Counted from the whole stretch's first letter, positions 49,741 to 63,931 are shown. The stretch: DNA of 63,997 nucleotides, filler included, from Diploschistes diacapsis (GCA_023645945.1; 7 parts of 7 records of this genome joined end to end with filler, not necessarily neighbours in it), one strand, 5' to 3'. Notes: generated by a model not told the origin, from the letters alone. Made by a program: numbers and translations.

Positions 49741-52404
49741 ATGCGAAGCGGGGTGTGTGAGATTGGGAGGTGTCGGGGGAAACGAGAGCGGGGAGGAGAG
49801 AAGTTGCACTGGGCAGGTGGAGATGGGCTGATGCGCAAGTCTGGTGGCTTGGGTGGCTCGCGTAGCTCTGGCAGCTTTTATCTTTTGAGCTTGCTCTACA
49901 GGGAAGCTCGAGGAGAGGGGGATATTTGGGCAGCATGCTCTTTCTCTCTCTCTTCTGAATCCATTTTGACTTGAGAATACTGCATCAAAGGCTGCTGCAT
50001 GCTTAACCTTCAAACAACGGGCCCAGTGCAGAGTTTTTTACTCAACGATCTTAATAGCCGAGCCTACATGCGCTCCCTTCCCCAAAATAAGGCATCATAA
50101 TGCCCACCGCCCCTCGGCATCAAACTTCTATTTTATGTTGCATGCAACCCCAGCGACCATCGACGCCGGTCTCTCCATTCAACCTGCAGAACTAAACAGC
50201 AGGAAAAAGATGTTCAATAGACGCAACAGAGCTCGTCTTTTGGCGTGCCCCATATTACTATTATCATATTTCTTATGATTATTATTACTGCGCAGCACGG
50301 GGCATATACGAGGGGTTGGCCCGGGTGGGTGGGTAGATATGATATATACCAACGCAGAACAACCCACTCGAGCCCAAAGCTGGGGGGGGGATTGTCGGGG
50401 AAGCTTCTTCGATTCACCGTCGCGCTAGCAGGAGTTCCGATCTAGTAGTTCTAGTCTACCGACAATGACTCAGATATAACGCTAACTCGGGTTGCGTCGA
50501 TCTCGGGGCTATCTTTGGTTGTGGCCTGTAGGCTGTGGGCTGTAGGTAGTGGGCTGTAAAACTTGTGTGGGTAAAAGTTTTTTTCTGGGGCACAAAAACA
50601 GATTTGGCCACGGTGCATACAAGTAGTAGGTCACGCGTAAGCTCTCGCTCGCGCCCTTTAGTGGCCACGGATGGGCTTGTCGTTGGTGGCGCCCCCTGGA
50701 TCCCCCGGGGACGGTGGGAGATGTAGCTATCCCCAGATGGGGCTGGGGAAGTTGCGGGAGGAAGCAAAGTATGTAGGGGTAGCTAGCGTCTGGAATGGAC
50801 AGTACTTGGGAGCTCTCCGATGTGATGTATACTCTTTGTGCGTGGGAGTTTCCTTTGCGCCTGCGTCTCGTATTGAGGCAAGCACGTAAGCAGGCAGGCA
50901 GGCAGGCAGATGGGGTAGGGAGATGGGGTAAGGGAGAAGTTGCATGTGCTCGCATTGCACGCGACTGAGGCGCTCCAGCCAGCCAATCATCCCCCTTTCC
51001 CCCATATTCGTCAACCCCCCGGCGAGTTAAGGATGCCGCTGTGTGCGACGACGCTATCTGGCTATCCCATATTCCCGATCTAGGCTACCTGCGTGTCGTG
51101 GTCAAATAACAAGCTGGAGAGGAGGTTGGTAGCCTTGCCGTTCCCTTCGCTGGTGTTGCTTGTAGGGAGGATATCGGTGTATGGCTTGATTAAGGCGCAT
51201 ACTGGATGATATTAACACGTATGGAGGGTGGCACGGCATCATCCAGCGTGGCTTCAAGTGCTAGCACTCAAGCGCCAGTAGGAGATGTCCGATGAGTAGT
51301 TGGACCCGTCCCCAGCGCTGTAGAAGCTCCATAACATAATATAACACAGTGGCTTGCAGATGGTGGCTTGTGGTGGGGGAAGTGTGAGTGAGTGAGTGAG
51401 TGAGTGAGTGAGACAGGTGTGTAGGGGGGGAGATGGAACACTTTGAGCTCTCTGCCCCAGCGTGGCTGATGGGTGTGGGGTGGACCCAGGCAGGTGGGAT
51501 AGGGATCCAGCTTAGCATGCAGAGCCAGAAAAGCACGCTAGTTAGTAGTAGTAGCTTGTGTGAGGTCAGCGATCATTGACCATTGCCCATTGTCCATTGT
51601 CCATTGTCCATTGTCGTTACAGCTTGCGTGCTTGCTGGTGGGCATCTACTGACTCGGCATGTCGCATAGCTGGACGGGCTCTTGTGACGGAGGTTCAGTC
51701 GCTTTCCTTGATGCGTACATGCATGCTGATTGCTGATTGCTGATTGCTGCTCCACGGTTTGCGGTTTATATATCATTCAAGTGCAGGCTACAAGGCTATG
51801 AAATGGCATTTGATTATGGGTGGGTGGTTATGAGTGATTCACGTGACGGACGGATGCATATTCTGCCTCCGGAGATGGATTAGTAACGCTGTAATAATGC
51901 TGTGATAATGCTGTAATAAACAGTAATCCATACATTGGTCCATGTCGTACTGGATTGATAGCCTGTTTCTTTTGTCGCTGGTTCCCTAGTATTATATTAT
52001 TACTCACTCACTCACTGTAATAGCCCTTGATGGCCTGCACGCCTAACTGACTGGTTGAACTGACCGACCCTTGACGGGCCACCACACTGTGAATTTCAGG
52101 CGTGCTTTGCTTTGCTCTGCTTGCTCTGCTTGCTCTGCTTGCTCTGTTTGCTCTGCTTTCTGATTCTATCTACCATCAACCTTCCCTTGCTCTCTCTTGC
52201 TCTTCACCTTTTCTTTATGCTTGCTGTGTAGAACCTCACGATATTTCTTGCAATCTTATTACACCGGCGTTGGGCCCGTCCTTGGTATATGCTATGAAGC
52301 GATTCGGCTATTTGGCATTTTCCTTACACGACCATTTACCCTCTTTGACCTAGACCAACAAATGAGTGCAAACAGGACCCAAAAAACCACCACAACGGCT
52401 GTCG

Positions 52405-54967
52405 ATGGAACCTAGGATACCCACAACTGCCGCCGAAGTTGGAGGCCACTATTCCTCACGCAACAGTCGCCCCCAGAACTTCACCTCTCACCGCTTAGCA
52501 AACGGCAGTAACGGTAACAATGTTAACCGCATGCCAGCTGCTCCTGCTATCGCTGCTGCTCCTCCCCAGCTCGAGCATCTGCACGCTGCTGAGGTTCTAG
52601 CATCCTTCCAGCAGTACCCGATCCGCGCTTCCACCAAAGCCGGACCGAGTCGCACTCCACCGCAGACCGCATTCGGCAACAGCTCCTACGCCTTGCCACA
52701 CCAACCCCAACGCCAGCAACATCGTCAGCAATATGACCCGCTCCTCCATGACATGCAGACGCACAGCCGCGATCTGGACACCACTCTGCTGCCGATCCTG
52801 CGAACCCCGGAAGGAGCACCGGGGACGGATTATGACCTCAACAACTGCCGCGGCGTCCGCGGTATCGGCGGTTCGATGCTGCCGGGCAACGAGGGGGCGG
52901 TTCGGAACTATCGGGCGCGGCCCGCGCTCGAATACGTGACGCCGTCGCCGACCGCAACCTCGCCGGAGGGGAGCAGACCGAAGCAAGAAACGTACGGCGC
53001 ACCTGTGCAGCTGCAGATGCAGCCGCAAAGCACGAGCAGGCCGGCCGAGGCGAAGCCGGAGAAGGAAGAGTTCAAGACGACCTTCCAGTTCGTCGTCAAT
53101 GAAGACGCAAAGGAGGCGCGGAACACGGTGCGCAAGCATGTCATGCGCGAGTACCGGAGGAGGGAGAGGTGGGAGCAGGGCCAAAAGGTACCGCCGGAGA
53201 AGAAACCGAGCGTAGAGGCACCGAAGAAGCGGCGGAGGAAGCAGACGCAGTCGCCAAAGGACGCACTGCGGTCACGTGGCCAGGAGACGGTCGTTGAGTT
53301 GCCAGCTTCGGCGGGCGAGCAGCGGAGGGATTCGCCGGTTCGGAACCATGGCAATAGTCCGACGACATCGGGCAGCGGAGGGAGCCCCAGTGGAAGTAAT
53401 TGCGAGGCTGCGTTCGCGCCAACGAAGAAGAAGCTCAAGTTGGTTCCCCCGGTCTTTGCGGAGAGCAAGCAGCATCAGCTTTGGGGTGCCGTGGCGACGG
53501 ACTACGACGATGCGATCGCGGAACTGGAGGGGAGGGTGAGGCCCTACGCGGCGGATCCGTGGGCGAGCGTGGCGGCCAACGAGATTGATCCCTTCTCCAA
53601 GCTGAAGTTGGAGCTCGGGCCGGCGACGGCATCGTTGCTGCATCATTGTACGTTCATTGGCTTTTTTGGTCTTGCATCAACGATGAGCTAATCGAGGTAG
53701 TTGCATGGGTGATGCCGAGCCTGATGGATGAGATCGTAACGGGCAAGGTGTTCCACCGGCTCGGTTGGCTGTACTCCGCCGTCGCAATACACGACCCTAC
53801 TCCCGTCCACGTTATCCTGGGCTACACGCTGGGCCATATTGCGAGCTTACGGGGCATCGATGAGCCGGCGCTGGCTATCGAGCACAAGTCAAAGGCCATC
53901 AAATTACTGCATGCACGCATGGCGGATCCGGCCCAGTGCTATAGTGACGGACTGATTGGAGCTATCGTCAACCTTGCTGGCTGGGAGGTGGGGCAGAACG
54001 TGACACTGGCACCCCTTGACTTGGCTAACTCTCGCAGCTGATTTGTGCCAATCCCAAAGCATACGCCATGCATATGAGCGGTCTCTCTCGCATCATCGTA
54101 GCTCGAGGCGGCATGTCGGCTTTCCGAAACAACTTCGACCTCGAGACCGTCCTCGTCAGGTTTGTTTGTCCCGTTCGCTGCTCCATGCCCTTGTGCCACC
54201 CGACTTACCATCTCCCAGACTCGACGCCATTCGGGCCTATGTGGCAATCTCTGCCCCTCGCTACCCTGCCTTCACCGCCGTGCGCAACCTCGAACCCCTC
54301 GCAATCAACATTCCTCCCCGCCCTCGCTCTCTGTGGTCCCCTGCTTCAGGGTACACCCCTTTCGAATACCACTACTGCCAGAATGCTCTAACGCTACTCA
54401 ACATGCTCGAGGACGTGCTCCTTCTCGCGCGCTCCGCCGCTGCCGATCTCCGCGGTCCCGTCGGCGAGCCCTTCAAGAAATTGCTCTCTTCCTCCCTAAC
54501 GCAACTCCTCGAGAAACCACAGGACCACCTCCCCAGCCCAAGCTCGTCGCCCATGAACAGCAGCACAGACCTCTACGCCTCCCTAAACGGTCCCTCGCAT
54601 TCCAACGCGCACTCGAGCCTCAACAATGCCGACGCCCGGCGGCTCTACCTCTCCTCCCTCGCGCTGCGGCTCGCGGCGCTCGCCTTCCTCGACGCCGCGA
54701 TCCGCGAGTTCTTCGACTCGCCGCCGCACCAGGGCTACTACACGAACCTGCTGAAGCTACGCTTCCTGGGCTCGAAGGCACTGGCCAACGACAGCCCCTG
54801 GGGCCGCAGCCTGGAGATGGTGGTTGCCGTGCTGCTGCAGGCGGACCGCATGGCGCTGGAAAGGCCGTGGCGGTCGTGGTACGTGGCGGATGCGCTGACG
54901 CTGACGATGAGGATCGGCGAGTGGACCTGGGAGATTGTGGCGGATGTGCTGAAGGGGTGGGTGGTTG
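52405..54967 (+). CDS. Fungal transcription-factor-domain protein (Fungal_trans_2/DUF3468-like), 3' truncated by contig end
   Basis: FQFVVNED...RNTVRKHVMREYRR, IDPF, AIEHKSKAIKLLHARMADP...SDGLIGAIVNLAGWE, HMSGLSRIIVARGG. Introns ~53648, ~53988, ~54160; ORF runs into the gap. Confidence 0.75.
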
Positions 54968-55067
54968 NNNNNNNNNNNNNNNNNNNNNNNNNNNNNNNNN
55001 NNNNNNNNNNNTTAATTAATTAANNNNNNNNNNNNNNNNNNNNNNNNNNNNNNNNNNNNNNNNNNNN
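54968..55067. other. Artificial contig spacer
   Basis: 44 N + TTAATTAATTAA + 44 N. Confidence 0.98.
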
Positions 55068-57681
55068 GAGGGAGAGAAGGGTGGAGGGGAGGGGTGGGAG
55101 AAGATGAGGAGGAGGTTAAGGCTAAAAGAAGAAGAAGAAGAAGCTCTTGGAGATAGTATGAAGGATTTCCAGGGCTTGGAAGAAAGCTGAAGCTCTAGAT
55201 GATGTAGTACTAGTACGAGTTGTCTTAGCAACAATAGGTGGTAGTAGGTGGGATGGGATGGGGGAGAATCTCAACCGGCACTGGTACAGTCTCACAGACA
55301 CAGCTAACTCCTAACTATTCTAGATACTATACATTGTAGTGTGTCCTAGTATACTACTACCACTACTCCTTTGGCTCGTTGCTCTGCCAGTGCGGTGCGG
55401 GTTGCTTGAGTTGCAGACTTGCAGTATTAGTAGAGTATTGGTATTAGTATCTAGTAACTGAAAGCTCAGTGGATCGGTTACAGCGCCAAGTTAGTTTACA
55501 ACGACAAGCTGCAGGCATCAAGCCGCTGCAAATTTCAACCCTTCGACTTTTCACAGAAGCTCGACGGATCAGTCCAATGAGACTGACTCCATAGCAACAG
55601 CCTTGCATCCAATTGCTGCAATAGATAATCGTGGTCATAGTCCAAATTCGCACCGACCATGACAGCGCCTGCACTCAGCGGCTACAGCTGGTTCACCCTT
55701 TCGCTCTGTTCTATTATGCTGAAGTGGTGTGCAGCCTTTGCTTAAGCTGCTTCCAAACATCACAGCTCGAACTGATCCCCATGGAGCTTCGAGAAGCTCC
55801 AAAGCTTGACAAAAAGCCCATCTTCCCGGCCCAGCAAATTCCACCTCTCACGTAATGTGGGTACAGAGCGGTACGGAGTAAGTAAACCGCAAGTAAACCG
55901 CAAGCCATTCATTCGTATCTGAGGAAACATGGAATTCGGCTAAAAGTAAATTCTTTCACCCGTGTGGAATGCTTGCACTACAGAACTCCCCCAATGGAAG
56001 AAAGAAAAACCTTTGAGAGCACCAACACGGAAACCTGCCCGCTCTTCTGTGCTCGCTGGGCTTATCGTAGCGGCCTCACGCCATCCTACGCTCCTTGCAG
56101 CTGGTCGACGTTAGTGAGTATGCCAGATCCCAATGGCGGATCTTATTCGCGAACTTGCACGCCTCTACGCCCCTATCATGCTTCACCTTGATTTAGTCTA
56201 AACCTCGGCGCTTCCCAATACGGCATTCCTTGCAACCGCCACCTTCGCCTTTGGTAGAGCACGGTCGGTCTAAATAACAGTTGAGAGTTGAGCCTCTCAG
56301 AGGCTTGAATCTTGAATGTGTTTGTTGGCATCTATGGCTGTTTCAATCCCCCGTCCCATGATTGGTTGCCCATGGCCTCGATCACCCTCCATGTGGCCGA
56401 TGATCCATGCGCCTCACGTCACTCGCAATTGCCCTACGAGGCCACAAAGAAGTGTTATTCCGCTTGTTTTCCTTGAGCGCTGAATTAAGGCCTGCAATCT
56501 TCTTCGAGATGCAGTGGCAAAACGTGGTTTTTCCAAGCTCAGGATATGGATCTATTGGTATTGGAATGGGAACGGGAATTGGGAATTGGGAATTTGGAAG
56601 TCTGCAGCAGCCATTGATTGATAGGAGCTGGGAAAGTTTAGCTTGGGAAACGCGACGCGTTCCCGGGCCACTTAAGTAAAAGTCAACAAACATACTTACA
56701 AGCCGCACGCTAAGTCACGGAAGTCACAGGACTTACTTATATCATGGAGGATGATGATGATGTAATATGCTGCCCCCCCAACAACAACAACCCCCCCACC
56801 ATGACGTATACCTACTTGACCTACTTGACCTACTTGACCTACATGAATTAAATTTCAAGTTTCGAACTTAACTTCCAAGGTTAAGGTTGTTGTGGAACGA
56901 AACAAGAACAACAACGGGCATTTCCCCTTTTCAAGATGCGAAGCGGGATCTGTACATATATCTGCATACACAAAAAGCAAGCTTGCACAGATCCGTGCCG
57001 AATAAGGAAGGCCTATACGTTTCCCGGCTATGTACGCTCTTGTGGCGATGCTTAGCTCTCATATCCCCTGCAGGTAATGAAGCTTGATTACTAACCCCGG
57101 CGGAGAGTTTCCCCCATGTGCTTCACATCAATCCTTTGTTAGTCTACCTGTGCTTGTGTATATCCTCAATAGCATCGTGCACTGTTCGTGTAAATCTTAG
57201 CAATCCGTATCAACACGCATTCAAACACGATATCCATTTTGCAAGAGGCTGCACGATGGGTGACATCAGGCTCAGGAATTTACCTTTTTCTTTTATAGTA
57301 GTTACAATACGAAGTATCCCCTCAGGTAAATATATGGTATCATTTGTATCGCAAAGAACCTGGAAAATAGAATATAATATAAAATTTAAATTCAAGGGCC
57401 CTTCTCTACCTTAAAGACCCAGCTATTCCGTATAGGCTTTGCCCTCTCTTTTGGCTTGTGAGCTTTACCCGGCAAGATGGTAATTGCGAGTATAGGCGAC
57501 GACGTACGAAGGGCCTGCTAAAACTTTTTCCGGGTTCATTTGTGCACCATCCGTCGCTAGTCTGATATCGACCACAAATGCCCTCCGAATCTGACCCTGC
57601 TCAATTCCCAGCAAATCTGAGCTCTCGGTTTCAGACAAGGGCCCAGAACTTGCCAAAGCAGGCTGGCTCATTGCGCTTGAC

Positions 57682-60600
57682 ATGTCCAAGAAGAGGGTTC
57701 GCGAGAAGCGCGATGTGAATGTGCAGCTCGTTGAGATTTTCGAAGACCTTGCAAATGAGAATGGGGAGATTCGCTTGAAAGCAGCAGCGCTCCTGCTGGC
57801 CAGGGACAACCTCAGCCAAGACGATCTCACCGTGACATGCAGCAGGCTGATCAGAGGTTTGTGCAGTGGCCGTAAAGCTGCTCGCCTAGGCTTTTCGGTT
57901 GCTCTGACAGAGTTCCTGGCACAGCATGCCTCCCATCAATCGACAACCCAGCCGTACCTGTCTCTGGGCTCGGTCAGCGTACTGGCGATTCTCAGAGAAT
58001 ATACGCAGACAAAGGGGCAAGCCACGGGCCAGGTTGGCAAGCCCCAGATTCTGGTGTGTGATATTCAAGCTTACAGAAGCTAGGAGAAAAGAGATCATTA
58101 TCTCGGAAGGCTGTTCGCTCTAGAGGCAATCATCAAATCTAAGATTTTGTTCGGCTCTGGTGATGCTAGTGTCTTCGATGAAGTCTTGGAGCTGATCTTC
58201 GAGCTTGCTCAAAAGAAATCATGGCTACGAGAAGAGTGCGGATGGCTACTGTATCAAAGTCTGCAAACCCTTCGTGAACATCCAGCAGGATCCATCTATG
58301 CCAAGTCCATCATCTCCAAGGTTCACTTTCACGGCCTGTGCAGATCCCTAGAAGGAGTCGCGTTATGGATAGCTGCTCAAGAATTGTTTCCGAAAGTGGA
58401 GCTGCCCGAGAACGTGTTCCGACGAAATGACCCCTTGAATCGGAAGGAGAAGTCAACACTGACCCGCATACTGAAGGACAACGGCTCCGAAGGTAATTCC
58501 ATCGATGGCCGGAGCAACGAGACTACATCTGGAAGCTGGACATCAAAACTCCATTTTGCCTGGGAGCTCATCTTTACTGCGACCATGCACGGCAATCCTG
58601 AGCGAATCACTTTCCCAACCCTTTGGACAGAGGTCGTCGATGGTACACAGCCCTTTGTTTACCGTTGTGGCCTCGCTGATATACAATAGATGGCATGTTT
58701 GCACTATCGTCTTCCAAAGAAAGGAAGCATCGAGGCTTCCTTCTGGTCCAGAGGTTCATTCTATCGGCGCCGGCAAACAACATCTCCACCATTCTGGGTA
58801 AAAATTGCATTCGTTGTCTGGCCAACCAGCATGCTCAGGAGGAGAGGTATCTGCACAGCATCGCGGGGCGTACGTTGAGGACTCTGCAAGATCGTGTTAG
58901 GTCAGAGCCTCGAGCGGTGCTACCAATGTTGCAGAGTATAATCAAGCTGCACGGATACGCGAACTTCGATCACCTCACAAAGGGCAAGACATTAGAAAAT
59001 CTATTTCGGTGCGTTCCATTGGAACTTTTGAAAGATGTGGTTAAGAATCTAGCATTGGTCTTGGTAAGCCCTGGCACTGGCGAAGCAAAACTTGCTTCCT
59101 CCAAAAGGCAGATACTGGCAGATTATCTCTTGATGATTGTTCGATCTCTACCCGTTCCTTCCTCTGAAGACATGCTGAAGCTGCATCGGGATGCAGTAGG
59201 GAGCATCTTGCGTTTGCTTGTTCGATTAGCCTATTTTGATCTCTATATCAGTCCAGACGATGGGACTGTTAGTAAGCCTGAACCCAGCATTACCCAGGAC
59301 AACCGGCAAACCTTCCGGTCAAGGATTTTGTCCTGCCTAGGCCATTTGGTATCGAAGGACCCGGACCCGGCCTACCACCCTTACGAGGTTGTTCTAGATA
59401 TACAAGGCCGCAGCGCTACGGACCATAAGCCTCTCTTTAAAGCAGACGAGGAAGTTCGGCGTTGCATCGAGCGATCGTGGAAGGCTCTATTGAAAATTCA
59501 TTCCAAAGTCGAGTCCAAGGGCCGCGCTGATACCCCGACTCACAATGCTCTGGAGCTACTTTTTTCGCTTACCATCATCCAGGCTTACTCGGGGGAACCT
59601 GACGCAGTGAACATTCTAGAGGAGCTGCAAGGTTGCTACAAGTCATTGCTCAAGGGAAAACCGGCCGCAAAGCAAGATTCCGGATCCTCGGCACTAATGG
59701 ATATCATCCTCAGCCTCATCTCAAAGCCGTCACTACTATTCAGACGCCTATCACAGCAAGTATTCACCTCATTTGCCCCACGCATCGGTGAGGATGACCT
59801 AGGATCAATGATTCGCGTAAGAACAGTGGAGTTGCGGAGAGGGCTGCTGCTGACGAGGAGCAGGTCCTTGAAACTGGAGAGGATATGGCAGGGCAGCAAG
59901 AGCTATTTGAACAGGAGCCCGATGATCTCGACGTAGAGATGACTGAGGGCATCGATTCGGACGTTGAAGTTCAACCACGTAGCTCCGCAGATGGATCCGG
60001 ATCGGAGGCTTCTGGCACTGATGATACTACTACTGAAGCAGACTCGGTAGACAATAATGATGAGGACGAGCTGGCCGAGTTTGACAAAAAGTTGGCTGAA
60101 GCGTTGGGAACTCGGCGAGCAGACGTCGATGCAGCCATACCCGAAAGCGAATCGTCCGGTGAGGACATGAATGACGAGCAAATGGCGGCCTTGGATCCTG
60201 TGATGGCAAACATGTTCCAGGGGCGGAACAAAGAGAACAACAAGAAGAAGGAGCGCAAGGATGCAAAGGAAAACATCGTCCAATTCAAAAGCCGTGTGCT
60301 GGAGCTTATAGAGATCTACCTAAAGCAACAGTTCTCCAAGCCCGACTCGCTGAGCCTTATCTTGCCCCTCCTCAATCTTGCCCGGCTCACTGGGAACAAG
60401 CAAGTTTCTCAGAAAGCGTGCGAAATAGTCCGAAATTATATGAAGGCATACAAGTTGAGCGTCGTTGACAAGTCAAGGGACGATAGGGCGCTGGACACTG
60501 CACGAGAGATTCTCCCAAGAGTCCACGGCCTGGTCACTGTGAGCGGCTCAAATGCGTACCTAAACGCTTGCAGTCAAGCCAGCCTGCTGCTGGTGAAGGT

Positions 60601-60769
60601 TCTCCTTAACAACGGAGGCGGTATCGAAGAGGCTTGGGCTGAATACTCCAAGACTGGGGAAAAAGTCGCCAAAGACCCAAAGTGCAAAGTCTTGGGCTCA
60701 TTGTTTCAGGATTGGTTCAACTGGCTAACATCAGCGAAACCCGAACTACAGAGCACCAGAGCTTGTTGA
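57682..60769 (+). CDS. POL5: Pol5 (DNA polymerase phi / MYBBP1A-like rRNA biogenesis factor)
   Basis: QLVEIFEDLANENGEIRLKAA, RLIRGLCSGRKAARLGFSVALTEFL, EKRDHYLGRLFAL, KKSWLREECGWLL, SSKERKHRGF, NFDHLTKGKTLE, EDMNDEQMAALD, AKENIVQFKSRVLELIEIY. Introns ~58033, ~58643, ~59817. Confidence 0.93.
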
Positions 60770-61322
60770 TATTGGAGCAAAGTGGGGTACCCTATCTAAA
60801 AGTGTTATAACATATAGTGAACTTTGCAAAAGTATAGAAAGGGTTTGGAGGTTGGTCAAGTTTGCATGAGCTCACTTAAACGGCACGGTCAAAGCATCAC
60901 GGGTCAAAGAATAGCTTGTTAAATACAACACCGGTGGGCATGCGCCTCAACTCCCGCTCTACCAATCCTACTACTATACTCAACCGTCCGGGCCCGTCCC
61001 ACGCGATTCCGGCACGCCGAGCTCCCGCTCCGGCCACGAAATCTCGACGGTGAGCATCGCTCTCATCTCTAATCAGTCTAGACAGCAACGAGTATCCTCC
61101 TTTTGCTTCATTCTTGCTCAAGGCTTACGTATGTGCGACGTCCAAGAGATGCTGGGGGATAACCAGCTGATAGCGTCTGTGCACCTTCTGTAAGAACTCT
61201 GGTGAGCTCCACGATTCGACGGTAAGTGTGGGCTTCTGAATCTGACTGGGTGTATCTTTTACTCTCCATTCGCTCTTTAATCTTTCTGATTGTCCCTGGA
61301 GTATTTTCATTTCAATTTAGAT

Positions 61323-62390
61323 ATGAAGGCGTCAATCGCATTCATTTCCGCGACCTTTGTTGATGCTATTGAATCTGCATATGCCGGCCTCCTTCTTGAC
61401 CAAGCGCCCTCAGGTCCTGAACCTTGTGTTCTGCCAAACTTGCAAGGTTGAATCATATGCCTTTGCCAATCTGGTAGCTCGGTTCCTCGTACCGAATGCG
61501 ATACCAGGTGGTGCATTCAGCTTGACAGGCTTCAGCTTGCCAGCCCGCCCGGCTCAGCTACCTCGCAATCATGTAAATGTGGAAACTTTCTACGTGCTGA
61601 AGGGTGCAGCAGATTCTAATTCGGCGGCAATCAGGGCCGCGCCTCTATCCAAGGTGATATCAACCTACTGTCGCTAAAAACTATCACACCTACCAGGCAC
61701 CGACCCGGATGTGCAGGTCACAAAGTTTCCACGCACCCGGCAGAATCGAGGGATTGTACAAGATGATAAGCGAACCTTACAGCTCGTCCACGAATGCGCC
61801 TTTCGATGGCTGCCAACCTCTATCCTGTCAATATCACCGTAGCTCTTGTTGAAGGACAAGCAGAATACAGCATCACCTTCTTCCCACTCTTCAGCACAAC
61901 ACGAACTTCACGAACGGCACCACACCGGATGGCGGTCTCGGCAACTGGCACGTTGGCGACAATCCCCTGCTGGGCAAGCACACCGACCACTGCATCGCGA
62001 ACAACCGGGGGCCAAAGTACCTGCAGAAAAGCGTCTACTGAGCCACTTCAACCCTCGCAACGGGCGCCGAGACTAACAAGGTAGCCAATGTTGCGACAAT
62101 GCGGTCAAACCTATCGCCTGGGGTGCTCCGCGACCTGCTGCTCAGGCCTTCAATGTGGCTCAGGCGATCCAGGTAACAGAAGGTCAGCTCATGATACAGA
62201 CGGCCAGCGAGACCGTCCCCATGATCTTTGGGGACGTTGCGTCTATCCCGATTGGCACGCCCGTTCAGCTATTGGAGTACCGTAGGCTTCACCAAATTCG
62301 TCATAAACTCCTCCGGAACAACGGGGCTGCAGAACAGCTCGATGATGGCCAGCCAACCCGTACAACCATGCCGTTTGGCCGACGAATTGA
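61323..62390 (+). pseudogene. Quercetin 2,3-dioxygenase (fungal bicupin quercetinase) pseudogene
   Basis: Signal-peptide-like MKASIAFISATFV; ARFLVP..PGGAFSL..LPRNHVNVETFYVLKG; NYHTY; NGTTPD..NWHVGDNPL...IANNRGPKYL; AIQVTEGQL..GDVASIPIG; AVWPTN*. Colinear with Aspergillus quercetinase motifs (PHIH..YENFYCNKG, WHTGAN..YFIANGWGPKYL, FQVQEG, GDVAFIPGG); several stops and frameshifts. Confidence 0.8.
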
Positions 62391-62982
62391 GATCCTGCGG
62401 CTAGCGTATGGAACCTGTGCATAGTTTTCGCCAGCCAGGCGCAATCGAATCTGCAATTCGTTATCATCAATCATATCCTGCAGTATTACATCACTTAAAA
62501 AGGGCCATATCCGTGGCTAGCTTCAGACCAGCGTTATAGGACAATAATGCAATATCCGTGGATCAGCTTTAGAAAAGTATAGTGCTTTACGTGTTACATC
62601 TTTTTGAAATATCACTGCTTTCAATAGAAAATGATTTATTTTTTTTATCGAACTTTAATACTGGTATTGTGAATCTTCCCTATCCGGACTTAATCCCCCT
62701 TCTCGCATCTTTTTTGATCTCCGTTTGTCTCTCGACGACTCCAGATACCCCTATTACAAAGCAGGGGAAAACTTCGACCAAGGTCCATCGTTACTAGGAT
62801 CAATACTTTGTTCTGCAAACGCAACGGAGCGAATTATGAATTGATATCGTTACTCCCAAATAGACATTATTCTCTTTTTTCCATAGTTGTCAGCAAGTTC
62901 ACAAGCATGTCACGCAGTGGCGCTTCTCGGAAAAAGAAACCTGCCTTCGTGTTACTTTCGAACATCTCGCGTCTCTCTCACG

Positions 62983-63931
62983 TCAAGTCCAATCTCCGGT
63001 ACTGGTTAGTTTATACACGAGGTCGACCCCCAGCTGCCCAATCTCTTCTATCATGAGCCTGAACCTGTCGTCCTGCCTGAAGATCCTAATATTGGCGGTG
63101 ACGTACAGAAGCACCACGTCCTGTAGGTCGGCAACCCTTTGCACCCCGTCCTCGGTGTAGACAAAGTACACAAGATCGAGCACGTCGTTGGCCTTGGCCA
63201 GGTCCAATTCGAGGCCCAGCAGGACTTTGTAGAGGTTCGCGAGACATTGGTCGCGAAGGCTGGAGATGAGATTAAGGTCCGCCAGGACACAGAGCTTGGC
63301 GTGGTAGAGCAACGCGGCCGAACTCGGGCACTCCTTGATCGTGACCTCGGCGGCTTTGGAGGAGCGGGATTGGAGGCTGGAGACTGCGTGCTTGCGGAAT
63401 TCGTGCCACAGGAGCCGACCCATCGGCTGATCCCGGGTAATGATACGTGTTTCCTCTGCTGGCATATCTGGTTTGCACTCATACACGCCCCAGCCCGACG
63501 ATACATTTTTCTTCTTCTTTTTCTCCTTACTAGCCCCAAAAGAACCCCACATGTTGTCATGATTCGTACCTGCATTGATAGCGGGCTCATCGAGTCGGGA
63601 GCGCTCGATTGGCGCGGACGGTTCTTCTTCTTCTTCTTTCCCCTCTACAGTCCCCATCTCTCCCCTGTCCACCACGCCAACGGACTTGCCCTTGTCTCTG
63701 GGCAAACTCCCCGCATAGTCTCCCGTGTAGGCGAACTCGACCAACCCCACGAAAACCTCCCACTCCACGTCCTCGATCTCGCTGACGGCGTTCTTCCACT
63801 TCCCGTCGTCTTCGTCGCTCGGAATGCGCGCGTCGAGAGGGTCGGAAAGGCCTTTGAAAAGGCGGCTCTGCACCACGATCGGCTTTCGGGTGGGGCCCAG
63901 GAGAAAGGTAAACGGCCTCGTTTGGAGGAAG
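62983..63931 (-). CDS. BTB/POZ-domain protein, 5' exon outside window
   Basis: After a CTAAC..CAG acceptor: FLQTRPFTFLLGPTRKPIVVQSRLFKGLSDPLDA...EDVEWEVFVGLVEFAYTGDY, and C-terminal LLYHAKLCVLADLNLISSLRDQCLANL...DLVYFVY, typical of fungal BTB proteins. Confidence 0.85.

Noticed and set aside
50800..52160. Microsatellite-rich tracts such as (GAGT)n, (CCATTGT)n and (GCTCTGCTT)n; similar tracts near 4612 and 56811
   Set aside because: Ordinary simple repeats in long promoter/UTR regions; no spacers or associated genes.
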